Source: an uncultured Clostridiaceae bacterium
Lineage (GTDB): Bacteria; Bacillota; Clostridia; Lutisporales; Lutisporaceae
DNA length: 64,000 nucleotides
Assembly: GCA_964408955.1 (NCBI GenBank)
Contig: CAYPBK010000004.1
Coordinates: forward strand, 31,279 to 95,278
Direction of reading: 5' to 3'
How positions within the stretch are numbered: position 1 is the first letter of the stretch; the number at the start of each line of letters is the position of its first letter. Under the pieces are notes generated by a model. It worked only from the letters and a program-made list of their open reading frames with translations. It did not search any database and was not told the DNA's origin. The translations under genes and the position numbers were made by a program. Below are positions 20,312-28,838 of the stretch, one piece after another.

Positions 20312-20566
20312 TAATCTCACCCCTTTCTTCGATAAAGAATAGTATAAATTAAAGGAAGTATATTATTATTATATTTTAAATATATTATTGATATATTACA
20401 CTTCATTTTACAATATGTGATAATATTTGACAAGTACTTTAGTAAAAATAATGCATATTTATACTAAAAAAATTATAGTTAAGAAATGTTTTTTGCAGAT
20501 TATATTATGAATTTCAAAGGAATTCATGATATAATTTCATCTAGAATACATAAAAGGAGATTTGCT

Positions 20567-21073
20567 ATGATAGTTGAATACATGGGACACAAACCAAAGA
20601 TTCACGAAAGCTGCTATGTTGCAGGTAATGCTTCAATAATAGGTAGAGTGGAATTAAAGAAAAATGCGAACATGTGGTATGGTACAGTCATCCGGGGCGA
20701 TGACAATTATATTATCGTTGGTGAGAATACAAATATTCAGGATAATTCGACAGTTCATATAGACGGTAATTATCCCACTATTATAGGTGATAATGTAACA
20801 ATTGGGCATAATGCAATAATTCACGCATGCACTGTCGGAGATTATGTTCTTGTAGGCATGGGCTCTATAATATTAAACGGTTCCGAAATAGGCGACAACG
20901 TAATAATTGCCGCCGGCTCAGTCGTGCCGCCTGGGAAACGGATTCCGTCCAATACTATGATTATGGGCACTCCCGCCAAGGTGGTAAAGGAATTATCGGA
21001 GGAGGAAATAGAAATCCATAAAAAGAGGGCACTGGATTATGTGGAACTGGCAAATAAGCATAAAGGCTTCTAA
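20567..21073 (+). CDS. Gamma-carbonic-anhydrase-like / hexapeptide-repeat (LbH) protein
   Basis: Left-handed beta-helix repeats with the conserved His pattern (STVHIDG..., IGHNAIIHAC). The ATG at 20567 lies 7 nt after AAGGAGA. A TGATATAAT extended -10 is at ~20527-20535. Confidence 0.75.
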   Translation: MIVEYMGHKPKIHESCYVAGNASIIGRVELKKNANMWYGTVIRGDDNYIIVGENTNIQDNSTVHIDGNYPTIIGDNVTIGHNAIIHACTVGDYVLVGMGSIILNGSEIGDNVIIAAGSVVPPGKRIPSNTMIMGTPAKVVKELSEEEIEIHKKRALDYVELANKHKGF

Positions 21074-21153
21074 ATATTATTTAGAATAGTTATTGGGGTC
21101 ACGGGTCATTATATGAGAATTACAAACAAATAATGAGGGCAAATATAATATTA

Positions 21154-21183
21154 AATATTGTGCGTATGCACAATATTTTTTTA
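21154..21183 (+). terminator. Rho-independent terminator
   Basis: Stem AATATTGTGC, loop GTAT, stem GCACAATATT, followed by a T-run. Confidence 0.8.
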
Positions 21184-21343
21184 AATTATAGGCTTATCTA
21201 TGTTATCTAATCCAAAGGAAAAGGCTATAGTTAAAGAGAATTTATACAATGCAAGCTTAATCGCTTATAATTTGTAAATTTGTATTTTTAACACAAAGGC
21301 CTTTGTTTTCTAAATAGCAATAATATTAAAAGGAGAAGATAAA

Positions 21344-22282
21344 ATGTCAATCAAAAATCATTTAACAGGAATCAAAAATTTAACACGGCAGGACATCGAG
21401 GAAGTCTTAAAAGTTGCAATCGGCATAGAAGACATTATGACCGGAAAAAGTAAATTAAAGCCTTTAGAGGGTAAAGTATTAGGTACAATGTTCTATGAAC
21501 CGAGCACAAGAACCAGACTATCCTTTGAGACGGCAATGCTGAGACTCGGAGGCAAGGTAGTTTCAGTTGCTGATGCACAAACGACAACCTCAGTATGGAA
21601 AGGGGAAACTTTACAGGACACAATAAGAACAATAGACAATTATGTAGATGCAATAGCTCTGAGACATTTTGAAGTTGGTGCAGCCGAGTTAGCTGCGAAA
21701 TATTCTAAAGTACCCATTTTAAATGCAGGTGATGGCTCTAACGAACACCCAACACAAACACTTTTGGATATGCTGACAATATATAAAGAAAGAGGTACAT
21801 TGGATGGACTAAAGGTAGTTATGGTTGGGGATCTTAAACATACGCGTTCAACCAATTCATTAACACTTGGTCTATCAAATTTTGATGTAGAATTTATCTT
21901 TGTAAACCCAACAGGATTTGATACAAGCCAGTGGATTTTAGACATAGTGAAGGAAAGAGGAGTCAAATATACTCAAACAGATAATTTGAAGGAAGCTGTG
22001 AAAGACGCTGATGTACTGTATATTAGCAGAATACAAAAAGAAAGAATGGATGCTTCGGAATATGAAAAGATAGCAGGAGCCTATGTAGTAGATAAAGCAG
22101 TAATTAACGAAGCTTCAAAGATAGTTACGGTCATGCACCATTTGCCGAGAGTCGGTGAGCTTTCTGAAGATCTTGATGATTATGAAGGTGCTGCTTATTT
22201 CCGTCAGACATATAACGGTATGCTTGTAAGAGGGGCATTATTAGCAATACTATTGAACAAAGTACCCGAGGGTATATTATAA
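21344..22282 (+). CDS. pyrB: Aspartate-carbamoyltransferase-like catalytic chain, stand-alone (no pyrI or other pyr genes nearby)
   Basis: STRTRLSFE, WKGETL, ALRH, HPTQTLLD, GDLKHTRS, SRIQKER and HHLPRV align position-by-position with E. coli PyrB carbamoyl-P and aspartate ligand motifs recalled from memory. Confidence 0.8.
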   Translation: MSIKNHLTGIKNLTRQDIEEVLKVAIGIEDIMTGKSKLKPLEGKVLGTMFYEPSTRTRLSFETAMLRLGGKVVSVADAQTTTSVWKGETLQDTIRTIDNYVDAIALRHFEVGAAELAAKYSKVPILNAGDGSNEHPTQTLLDMLTIYKERGTLDGLKVVMVGDLKHTRSTNSLTLGLSNFDVEFIFVNPTGFDTSQWILDIVKERGVKYTQTDNLKEAVKDADVLYISRIQKERMDASEYEKIAGAYVVDKAVINEASKIVTVMHHLPRVGELSEDLDDYEGAAYFRQTYNGMLVRGALLAILLNKVPEGIL

Positions 22283-22324
22283 AAACAGACAAAATCTTAT
22301 TAATCCATATAAAGGAGGGGTTTA

Positions 22325-23359
22325 ATGGAGAGAATTATAGATTTACGCAGTGATACTGTTACACATCCTACGGAGCGCATGCGGGATGCAATGCGGGATG
22401 CGGTTGTTGGGGATGATATACTGGGCGAAGATCCAACAGTAAAAAGGCTTGAAGCCTTAGGCGCAGAAATGTTCGGGAAGGAAGCCGGTTTATTTCTGAC
22501 TTCTGGAACAATGAGTAACCAAGTTGCAGTTTTGACTTTTTGCAATAAAGGAGATCAGATTATTGTCCATAACAGAGCGCATATATATAATTTGGAAGTT
22601 GCCGGTCTTGCCAGCGTTTGTGGTGTACAAGCCAGACCAATTCAAGCGATTAACGGCATGTATGACCTAAAGGAATTAGAAAAAGAAATACACACAGCTC
22701 AGATACAGACTGCTCCAACAACTTTGATTTGTTTAGAAAATACTTTTGATTTAAACAGAGGTCTGGTAGTTAAGCCTGATTATATAGCCGAAGTTAAAAA
22801 AATAGCTGATGAGCATGATATAAAAGTTTATATGGACGGAGCAAGAATTTTTAATGCAGCTGTGGCACTGGGCATTACTGTGGACAAACTTAATCAATCT
22901 GTAGACGCGGTGGGCGTTTGTCTATGTAAAGGGCTTGGCAGCCCATTTGGGTCGCTTTTATTGGGCTCAAAAGAATTTATAGCGAAAGCCAGAAGAATGA
23001 AACAAATGATAGGCGGAGGCATGCGCCAAGGCGGGATAATGGCAGCTGCCGGCATCGTAGGTTTAGAGGAAATGGTCGATAGGATAGATGAGGATCATGA
23101 GAACGCCAAGATTCTTGCCAGTTGTTTGCAAAAAGTTGGTTTAGGTATTGATATGGAACAAGTGCAGACCAATGTAATCCACATTGATTTGAAAGCGGTA
23201 AACATTAAGGCAGCCGAATTTTGTGACAATTTGCTTTCATTAGGTATAAAAGCAAAACCCGTTGGTGAATTCGAAGTTCGTATGATAACACACAAAGACT
23301 TTAAAACTGCCGAGATTAATACAGTTGTTTCAAAAGTAGAGCAATGTATTGGAAACTAA
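22325..23359 (+). CDS. ltaE: Low-specificity L-threonine aldolase family PLP enzyme
   Basis: DLRSDTVTHPT, GDDILGEDPTV, SGTMSNQ, LENT, DGARIFNA, CLCKGLGSP (PLP Lys) and GGGMRQ. Confidence 0.8.
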   Translation: MERIIDLRSDTVTHPTERMRDAMRDAVVGDDILGEDPTVKRLEALGAEMFGKEAGLFLTSGTMSNQVAVLTFCNKGDQIIVHNRAHIYNLEVAGLASVCGVQARPIQAINGMYDLKELEKEIHTAQIQTAPTTLICLENTFDLNRGLVVKPDYIAEVKKIADEHDIKVYMDGARIFNAAVALGITVDKLNQSVDAVGVCLCKGLGSPFGSLLLGSKEFIAKARRMKQMIGGGMRQGGIMAAAGIVGLEEMVDRIDEDHENAKILASCLQKVGLGIDMEQVQTNVIHIDLKAVNIKAAEFCDNLLSLGIKAKPVGEFEVRMITHKDFKTAEINTVVSKVEQCIGN

Positions 23360-23408
23360 AAGAATAATGAGAAAGTAAAGTAGTTTTACTTAAAATATAA
23401 ATGAAAGG

Positions 23409-24077
23409 ATGAGTATTATGGATGATAAAAAGGTAGTGTTAATCACAGGCTATGAACCTTTTGGAGGCGACGATTTCAATCCTTCTTTGGAATTAGCTAA
23501 ATCATTAGATGGTAGTATTTACAAAGACCATGTATTTAGGCATGCGAGCATACCGGTTAACCGAAAAAGAACAGTTCTGGAGATGATAAAAGCTATAGAA
23601 TTATACAAACCGGAAATTATCATTAACACTGGATTAGCTTGGGGAAGAACGGGTATATCTGTCGAGCGTGTTGCTATTAATGTTACGGATTTTCCCATAC
23701 CAGATAATGAAGGGTATATATCAAAAAATGAAACTATTGATGAATCGGGTCCGTCAGCATATTTTGCATCTATTCCTATAAGAGCGGTAACAAAAGCAAT
23801 GCTGGACAATGGAATACCTGCATATGTTTCAAACACCGCAGGCACATATTGTTGCAATATGCTTATGTATGGTACCTTGAATTATATATCTAAGAACAAG
23901 CTTCAAACAAGAGCAGGTATGATACATGTCCCATTTACTCCAGAGCAGGTGGCAGAAAAAAGAGAAAACATACCTTCTATGTCACTTGAAATAATGACAA
24001 AAGCAATTGAAATAGCAGCTAAAGCGGTCATAGATAATAAAGTAGATATTGAAATGATTTGTGGTGCGGTCAATTAG
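23409..24077 (+). CDS. pcp: Pyroglutamyl-peptidase I (C15)
   Basis: ITGYEPFGG..NPS, VERVAINV (Glu), GTYCCN (Cys) and GMIHVP (His) form the catalytic triad context. Confidence 0.85.
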   Translation: MSIMDDKKVVLITGYEPFGGDDFNPSLELAKSLDGSIYKDHVFRHASIPVNRKRTVLEMIKAIELYKPEIIINTGLAWGRTGISVERVAINVTDFPIPDNEGYISKNETIDESGPSAYFASIPIRAVTKAMLDNGIPAYVSNTAGTYCCNMLMYGTLNYISKNKLQTRAGMIHVPFTPEQVAEKRENIPSMSLEIMTKAIEIAAKAVIDNKVDIEMICGAVN

Positions 24078-24121
24078 TTATAAATATTTAAGGTCTTAAA
24101 AAAAATAAAGGAGGCATTTAA

Positions 24122-25594
24122 ATGAGTAAATATCAAGTTACTAATGGAGACTTTGTTACTTTGACTGATGCAGGCATTGGAAAAATTAAAGAATATAATA
24201 ATAACTATGACAACGAAACAAAACCTATAGGCCTAGAGGAAAGGGATTGGAATACTTGGCATATGTCAAGCTTATGGATTGGGATAATTGTCTCCATTGC
24301 TACTTACCAATTGACAAGCGGGTTTATAGTGTCCGGTATGTCTTGGCAACAAGCACTTTTTACAGTCATTCTTGGGCATACATTGGTTTTAATACCCGCC
24401 ATAATGATAGGGCATTTTGGAGCTAAATTCGGAATTTCATTTCCAATGATGTCAAGAGCCATTTTTGGAATAAAAGGAAGCATAATTCCCGCCTTTATTA
24501 GATCAATAGGAGCTATCTTCTGGTTTGGTATACAGACTTGGATAGGTGGACAAGCCATTAACATCATTATTGGGGTGTTTGTACCTTCGTGGAAGGGAAT
24601 GGGTTTCCCCGGAATGTTCATATCATTTATAATTTTTTGGGTTATTAATATTTACATTGCACAGTCGGGGGCAAAAGGAGTAAAAATTTTAGAATCTTAT
24701 TCAGCTCCGGCACTTATTTTACTTAGTTTAATAGTAATTGTTTGGTCGGCTTATGTTGCAGATTGGAGTTTCGCACGGTTGCTAGCAGAACCGGCAGTTA
24801 GAGGAGGAAAAGGTAATTTTGCAAAACTTTTTTTACCCGGGTTGTCTGCAATGATTGCCTTTGATGGTGGTCCGGCGCTTAGTATGCCAGATTTTTCAAG
24901 GCATATGAAAAGCCAGCGTTCTCAAGTTTTAGGACAATTAATTGTGGCACCTATTACAGCTGGATATATTGCTTTTGTAGGCATTTGTGGCACAGCCGCT
25001 TCCTCAATAGCATTTGGAGAAGCTATATGGGAACCTGCCATTCTTGTTTCGAAATTTGATAATCCGATTATTGTATTGATATTTTCATTATTTATAATAG
25101 CAGCGGTTCTCACGACTAATGTAGCTGGAAATTTGATTCCACCAAGTCTTGCAATTTCAACATTATTTCCAAAACAATTAAACTATAAAAAAGCAACATA
25201 CCTAGCTGCCATTCTAGGATTGTTAACTATGCCTTGGTATATGATGGCTAATCCAGAAAATTTCATATTCATGTTTTTAGGCTTATTGGGAGCGTTATTG
25301 GGACCGGTTACAGGTCTTTTTATTGCCTCTTATTGGTTTGAATACAACAAAGAAATAGAAATTGTAGATCTATATAGACAAGATAGCGGCAAATACTATT
25401 TCAGCAATGGTTGGAATAAAGAGATGATGATTGTATTTACAATTTTTACGACAATAATAATTGCTGGTAATTTTGTTCCGTTTTTAAAGTTTGCCTATGA
25501 AAACTCATATTTGGTTGGTATAATAACTGGTATTGTATACTATTATTTTGTTAAAGGTAACAAGAAAAACGGAAACAATCCCACCGCTTCTTAG
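24122..25594 (+). CDS. NCS1-family nucleobase/hydantoin/allantoin:cation symporter
   Basis: 490 aa with ~12 TM helices. N-terminal ERDWNTWHMSSLWIG motif typical of NCS1 (PucI/Mhp1/CodB-like). Confidence 0.75.
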   Translation: MSKYQVTNGDFVTLTDAGIGKIKEYNNNYDNETKPIGLEERDWNTWHMSSLWIGIIVSIATYQLTSGFIVSGMSWQQALFTVILGHTLVLIPAIMIGHFGAKFGISFPMMSRAIFGIKGSIIPAFIRSIGAIFWFGIQTWIGGQAINIIIGVFVPSWKGMGFPGMFISFIIFWVINIYIAQSGAKGVKILESYSAPALILLSLIVIVWSAYVADWSFARLLAEPAVRGGKGNFAKLFLPGLSAMIAFDGGPALSMPDFSRHMKSQRSQVLGQLIVAPITAGYIAFVGICGTAASSIAFGEAIWEPAILVSKFDNPIIVLIFSLFIIAAVLTTNVAGNLIPPSLAISTLFPKQLNYKKATYLAAILGLLTMPWYMMANPENFIFMFLGLLGALLGPVTGLFIASYWFEYNKEIEIVDLYRQDSGKYYFSNGWNKEMMIVFTIFTTIIIAGNFVPFLKFAYENSYLVGIITGIVYYYFVKGNKKNGNNPTAS

Positions 25595-25650
25595 TGTTTA
25601 TAAAGCAACTTAAAAAATGTAATAAAATATGTAAAGAAAGGTGGAAGAAA

Positions 25651-26394
25651 ATGAAGATTTTATTAATAAATCCAAATACAACAAAAGAGATGACTGAGGG
25701 CGCACTTAAGACGGCACTCAAAGTAAAGGACCCAAGGACTGAAATAGTAGGCGTTACAAATGAAAAAGGACCTAGATCAATTGAAGGTGTTTTAGACGGA
25801 ATTATGACAACCGAAGGAGTTCTAGAAATAATAATTAACGAAGAAGATAATTATGATGCTTTTATCATAGCGTGTTTTAGTAGTCATCCATCAGTTATAG
25901 CGGGGAGGGAAGTAACCAAAAAACCTGTTATTGGTATATTTGAGGCAGCTGCTTTTCAAGCTTGTATGCTGGGTGAGAAATTTGGAATAGTTACGACTTC
26001 TAAAAGATGGGTACCTTTGCTAGATGCCGGTGTACACCAACTTGGAGTGGCAAGCAGGTGTGCTGGGATAAGAAGTACTGGTTTATCTGTGCTGGACTTG
26101 GAAAGTAAGGATCCAAAAGAAGTCGAAGATATTTTACTGGAAACTAGCCGTAAAACAGTAGATGAAGACGGTACAGAAGTGATTTTACTTGGTTGTGCAG
26201 GGATGGCAGGGTTAAACGAAAAACTTGAAACAGAACTAGGAGTGACAGTTATTGATGCAGTTGGTGCTGCCACAAAAATGGCAGAAGCATTGATTTATCA
26301 AAAGTTATATACAAGTAAGGTTGGTGCATATGCCCCAGTTGAAAAAAGAGAGACTATAAATATATCTCCTATCTTTGATAAAGTTTACAAATAA
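25651..26394 (+). CDS. Asp/Glu/hydantoin racemase-family protein (hydantoin or allantoin racemase-like)
   Basis: The ATG at 25651 (MKILLINPNTT) follows AAAGGTGG. Two catalytic Cys contexts are present (IIACFSSHP and ILLGCAGMAG). Confidence 0.75.
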   Translation: MKILLINPNTTKEMTEGALKTALKVKDPRTEIVGVTNEKGPRSIEGVLDGIMTTEGVLEIIINEEDNYDAFIIACFSSHPSVIAGREVTKKPVIGIFEAAAFQACMLGEKFGIVTTSKRWVPLLDAGVHQLGVASRCAGIRSTGLSVLDLESKDPKEVEDILLETSRKTVDEDGTEVILLGCAGMAGLNEKLETELGVTVIDAVGAATKMAEALIYQKLYTSKVGAYAPVEKRETINISPIFDKVYK

Positions 26395-26460
26395 GAGACT
26401 ATAATAAGGGTTGTGGTAATTTTAGCTGCAATCATCCATAAAGGGTATTGAGAAAAATCA

Positions 26461-26497
26461 AATTGCAAAAGAATTATAATATAATTCTTTTGCAATT
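26461..26497. promoter_or_regulatory. Perfect 17-bp-arm palindrome inside the operon (operator or RNA hairpin)
   Basis: AATTGCAAAAGAATTAT (26461-26477), loop AAT, ATAATTCTTTTGCAATT (26481-26497). No T-run follows. Confidence 0.6.
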
Positions 26498-26541
26498 TAA
26501 ATCCTTTTCAAACTATATTTAATGATAGGAGACGTGAAACA

Positions 26542-27912
26542 ATGTTTGATATGTTGATAAAAAATGGTCTGATAGTTACTCATGAAGAAATTTTTAAAGC
26601 TGACATAGCAATTAAAAATGGGAAAATTTTATCTATAGGAACACTAGGTTCATTGAAGGCAGTTAACGAAATAGATGCTGATGGCAAATTAGTTATGCCA
26701 GGTCTTATCGATCCTCATGTGCATATTGGTCATCCGTTTAAAGATAAAAAAAGTCAAGATGATTTTTACAGCGCAACAGTGTCAGCAGCATTTGGGGGGA
26801 CAACAACTGTAATAGACTTTGGCATACAATGGAACAAACAATTAGATCTTAGGGACACATTAAAAAAACGAATTTCTGAGGCAGATGGGCAGGCAATTGT
26901 TGATTATGCTTTACATGTTTGTCCAACTGATTCATCACCGGATATTGTTTCTCAGGTCAAATCAATAATAGATTGCGGATTTCCTTCATTTAAGCTTTAT
27001 ATGATATATCGTAAGCAAGGTAGAATGGTGGATGATGCCGTTGTGTTTAGTGTGATGAATGAAGCAAAAAAATATAATGGCATAGTAGGTGTGCATGCAG
27101 AGAACTCAGCAATAGCTGAATACAACGAAGAAGAACTTTTGAGAAAAGGGCTTAATAGTGCGGAATACTTTCCGCTAATGAAGCCAAACATGGTAGAAGC
27201 AGAGGCTATAAATAGAGTGTTGTACCTTAATAAATGGGCAAAAGGTCAATTATATATTTTTCATCTTTCGACTGCAGAAGGATTGGAATTAATAATGAAA
27301 CAAAAAGGTGAAGGACAAGATATTTATGCAGAAACATGCCCACATTATTTAGTTTTGAATAAAGATGTTTATTCTTCTAATAAAGGTTATAATTACATTT
27401 GTAGTCCGCCTCTTAGAGATTATCAAGACATTGAGGCCTTGTGGGACGGGGTAGCAAATGGCTATATTTCCACTATTGGTTCAGATCATTGTGGTTTTGG
27501 GGCTGAATTAAAGGAGTCAGGTAATGGCACTTTTAACCAAACCCCAAATGGATTACCAGGAATTGAATTAAGATTGCCTTTGATTTACACTGAAGGTGTT
27601 TTGAAAAAAAGAATAAGCTTAAATAAGCTGGTGGAAGTTTTAAGTACAAATCCGGCAAAGATATTTGGATTATTTCCAAGAAAAGGTGCCATTATGCCAG
27701 GCAGTGATGCTGATATTACAATAGTAGATATAAATGAAACAAAAAAGGTCACCGCAAAGGATTTACATTCAACCGTTGATTGGACGCCATATGAAGGTAT
27801 GGTGCTTACGGGATTTGCAGCCACAAGTATTTTAAGAGGCGAAGTATTGGTTCATAATGGTGAGCTAAAAGGGAAGCAAGGATATGGAAAATTACTAGAA
27901 AGAAGATTATAA
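26542..27912 (+). CDS. Cyclic amidohydrolase (D-hydantoinase / dihydropyrimidinase / allantoinase superfamily)
   Basis: GLIDPHVHI (HxH), PSFKLYM (carboxylated Lys context), GVHAEN, IFHLST and IGSDHC form the metal-ligand pattern. Confidence 0.85.
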   Translation: MFDMLIKNGLIVTHEEIFKADIAIKNGKILSIGTLGSLKAVNEIDADGKLVMPGLIDPHVHIGHPFKDKKSQDDFYSATVSAAFGGTTTVIDFGIQWNKQLDLRDTLKKRISEADGQAIVDYALHVCPTDSSPDIVSQVKSIIDCGFPSFKLYMIYRKQGRMVDDAVVFSVMNEAKKYNGIVGVHAENSAIAEYNEEELLRKGLNSAEYFPLMKPNMVEAEAINRVLYLNKWAKGQLYIFHLSTAEGLELIMKQKGEGQDIYAETCPHYLVLNKDVYSSNKGYNYICSPPLRDYQDIEALWDGVANGYISTIGSDHCGFGAELKESGNGTFNQTPNGLPGIELRLPLIYTEGVLKKRISLNKLVEVLSTNPAKIFGLFPRKGAIMPGSDADITIVDINETKKVTAKDLHSTVDWTPYEGMVLTGFAATSILRGEVLVHNGELKGKQGYGKLLERRL

Positions 27913-27927
27913 TTTTGAGTTAATAGA

Positions 27928-28830
27928 TTGACCTTGGTACATAAGAAGGGCTATTTTGCTTTCTTATGTATCAATTTTATATTTTCAGTGAGTACTTATG
28001 AATTAATAAGGGGGCTTATTACTTTGGCATGGATCATCTTAGCACTTATCGGATTTGTTGCCGGCAGCATAGCAAATCTACTTGGAATTGGCGGCGGTAT
28101 AATACTGGTACCCGCACTTATTCATATTGTTCCTCATATTTTACATGGGCAAAGCATTACTGCACAAGGTGCCGTTGGAACCTCACTAGTACTGATTATA
28201 ATAGGGGCTTTGTCAGGTACTATAAATAATATTAAAAATAAGCAGATTGACTACGGTGCTGCTTCCATATTCTTCATAGGTGCTATTCCTGGCTCGATTG
28301 TAGGGACTTACTTAAATAGTGTTATAAGTGATGAAAAGTTTAATATGTATTTTGGAATAGTAATGTTTATTATATTTTTTCTGTCTTTTAGTAAAGGTAA
28401 AGCAAAACCCGTAGGTATAGATTGGTCAATTAAAAAAGAGATTTTTGATGATGAAGGGAAAAGCATTGAATATGGGTATTCCATATGGCTAACTATTCTT
28501 ATTTCAATTTTAGCTGGAATCATATCAAGCCTTTTCGGGATAGGAGGAGGCTCCTTGATGGTTCCAATAATGTATTTACTTTATAACTTTCCTATTAGGA
28601 TTGCAACTGCTACATCTACTCTGGTTATACTCTTATCTTCAACAGTTAGCAGCTTAACTCGCTTGCTTTATTACGATTTCGATTGGAGGCTTATTTTGAC
28701 CATAACTCCAGGTGTTTGGTTCGGCGGGAGGTTTGGAGTATTTTTGTCAAAGCGATTAGAACCAGAAGTTACAGAAAAAATTTTACTTTTTGCCCTCCTT
28801 ATTATTGCTTTACGTATGGTTATCGGTTGA
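27928..28830 (+). CDS. TauE/SafE (TSUP, DUF81) family anion exporter
   Basis: Two halves each carry the LLGIGGG / LFGIGGGSL motif. The start is uncertain: TTG 27928, or TTG 28024 after AGGGGG. Confidence 0.7.
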   Translation: MTLVHKKGYFAFLCINFIFSVSTYELIRGLITLAWIILALIGFVAGSIANLLGIGGGIILVPALIHIVPHILHGQSITAQGAVGTSLVLIIIGALSGTINNIKNKQIDYGAASIFFIGAIPGSIVGTYLNSVISDEKFNMYFGIVMFIIFFLSFSKGKAKPVGIDWSIKKEIFDDEGKSIEYGYSIWLTILISILAGIISSLFGIGGGSLMVPIMYLLYNFPIRIATATSTLVILLSSTVSSLTRLLYYDFDWRLILTITPGVWFGGRFGVFLSKRLEPEVTEKILLFALLIIALRMVIG

Positions 28831-28838
28831 CAGGCTAA

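Noticed and set aside
20827-21021. 64-aa Arg-rich ORF inside the gamma-CA-like gene
   Set aside because: Off-frame read of a well-supported LbH gene.
21195-21310. Possible PyrR-type attenuator upstream of the PyrB-like gene (AATCCAAAGGAAAAGGCT at about 21210-21227, and CAAAGGCCTTTG + TTTT at about 21294-21309)
   Set aside because: The match to the PyrR-binding consensus (A-R-UCCAGAGAGGYU) needs a 4-nt insertion. The palindrome leaves only a 5-bp stem once a loop is allowed. This is too weak to call, but it is worth a covariance-model scan, because a real PyrR site would argue that the ATCase is biosynthetic.
28029-28229. 66-aa ORF inside the TauE gene
   Set aside because: Off-frame read with Arg/Tyr/Cys-rich composition. 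The TauE frame carries the GIGGG motifs.
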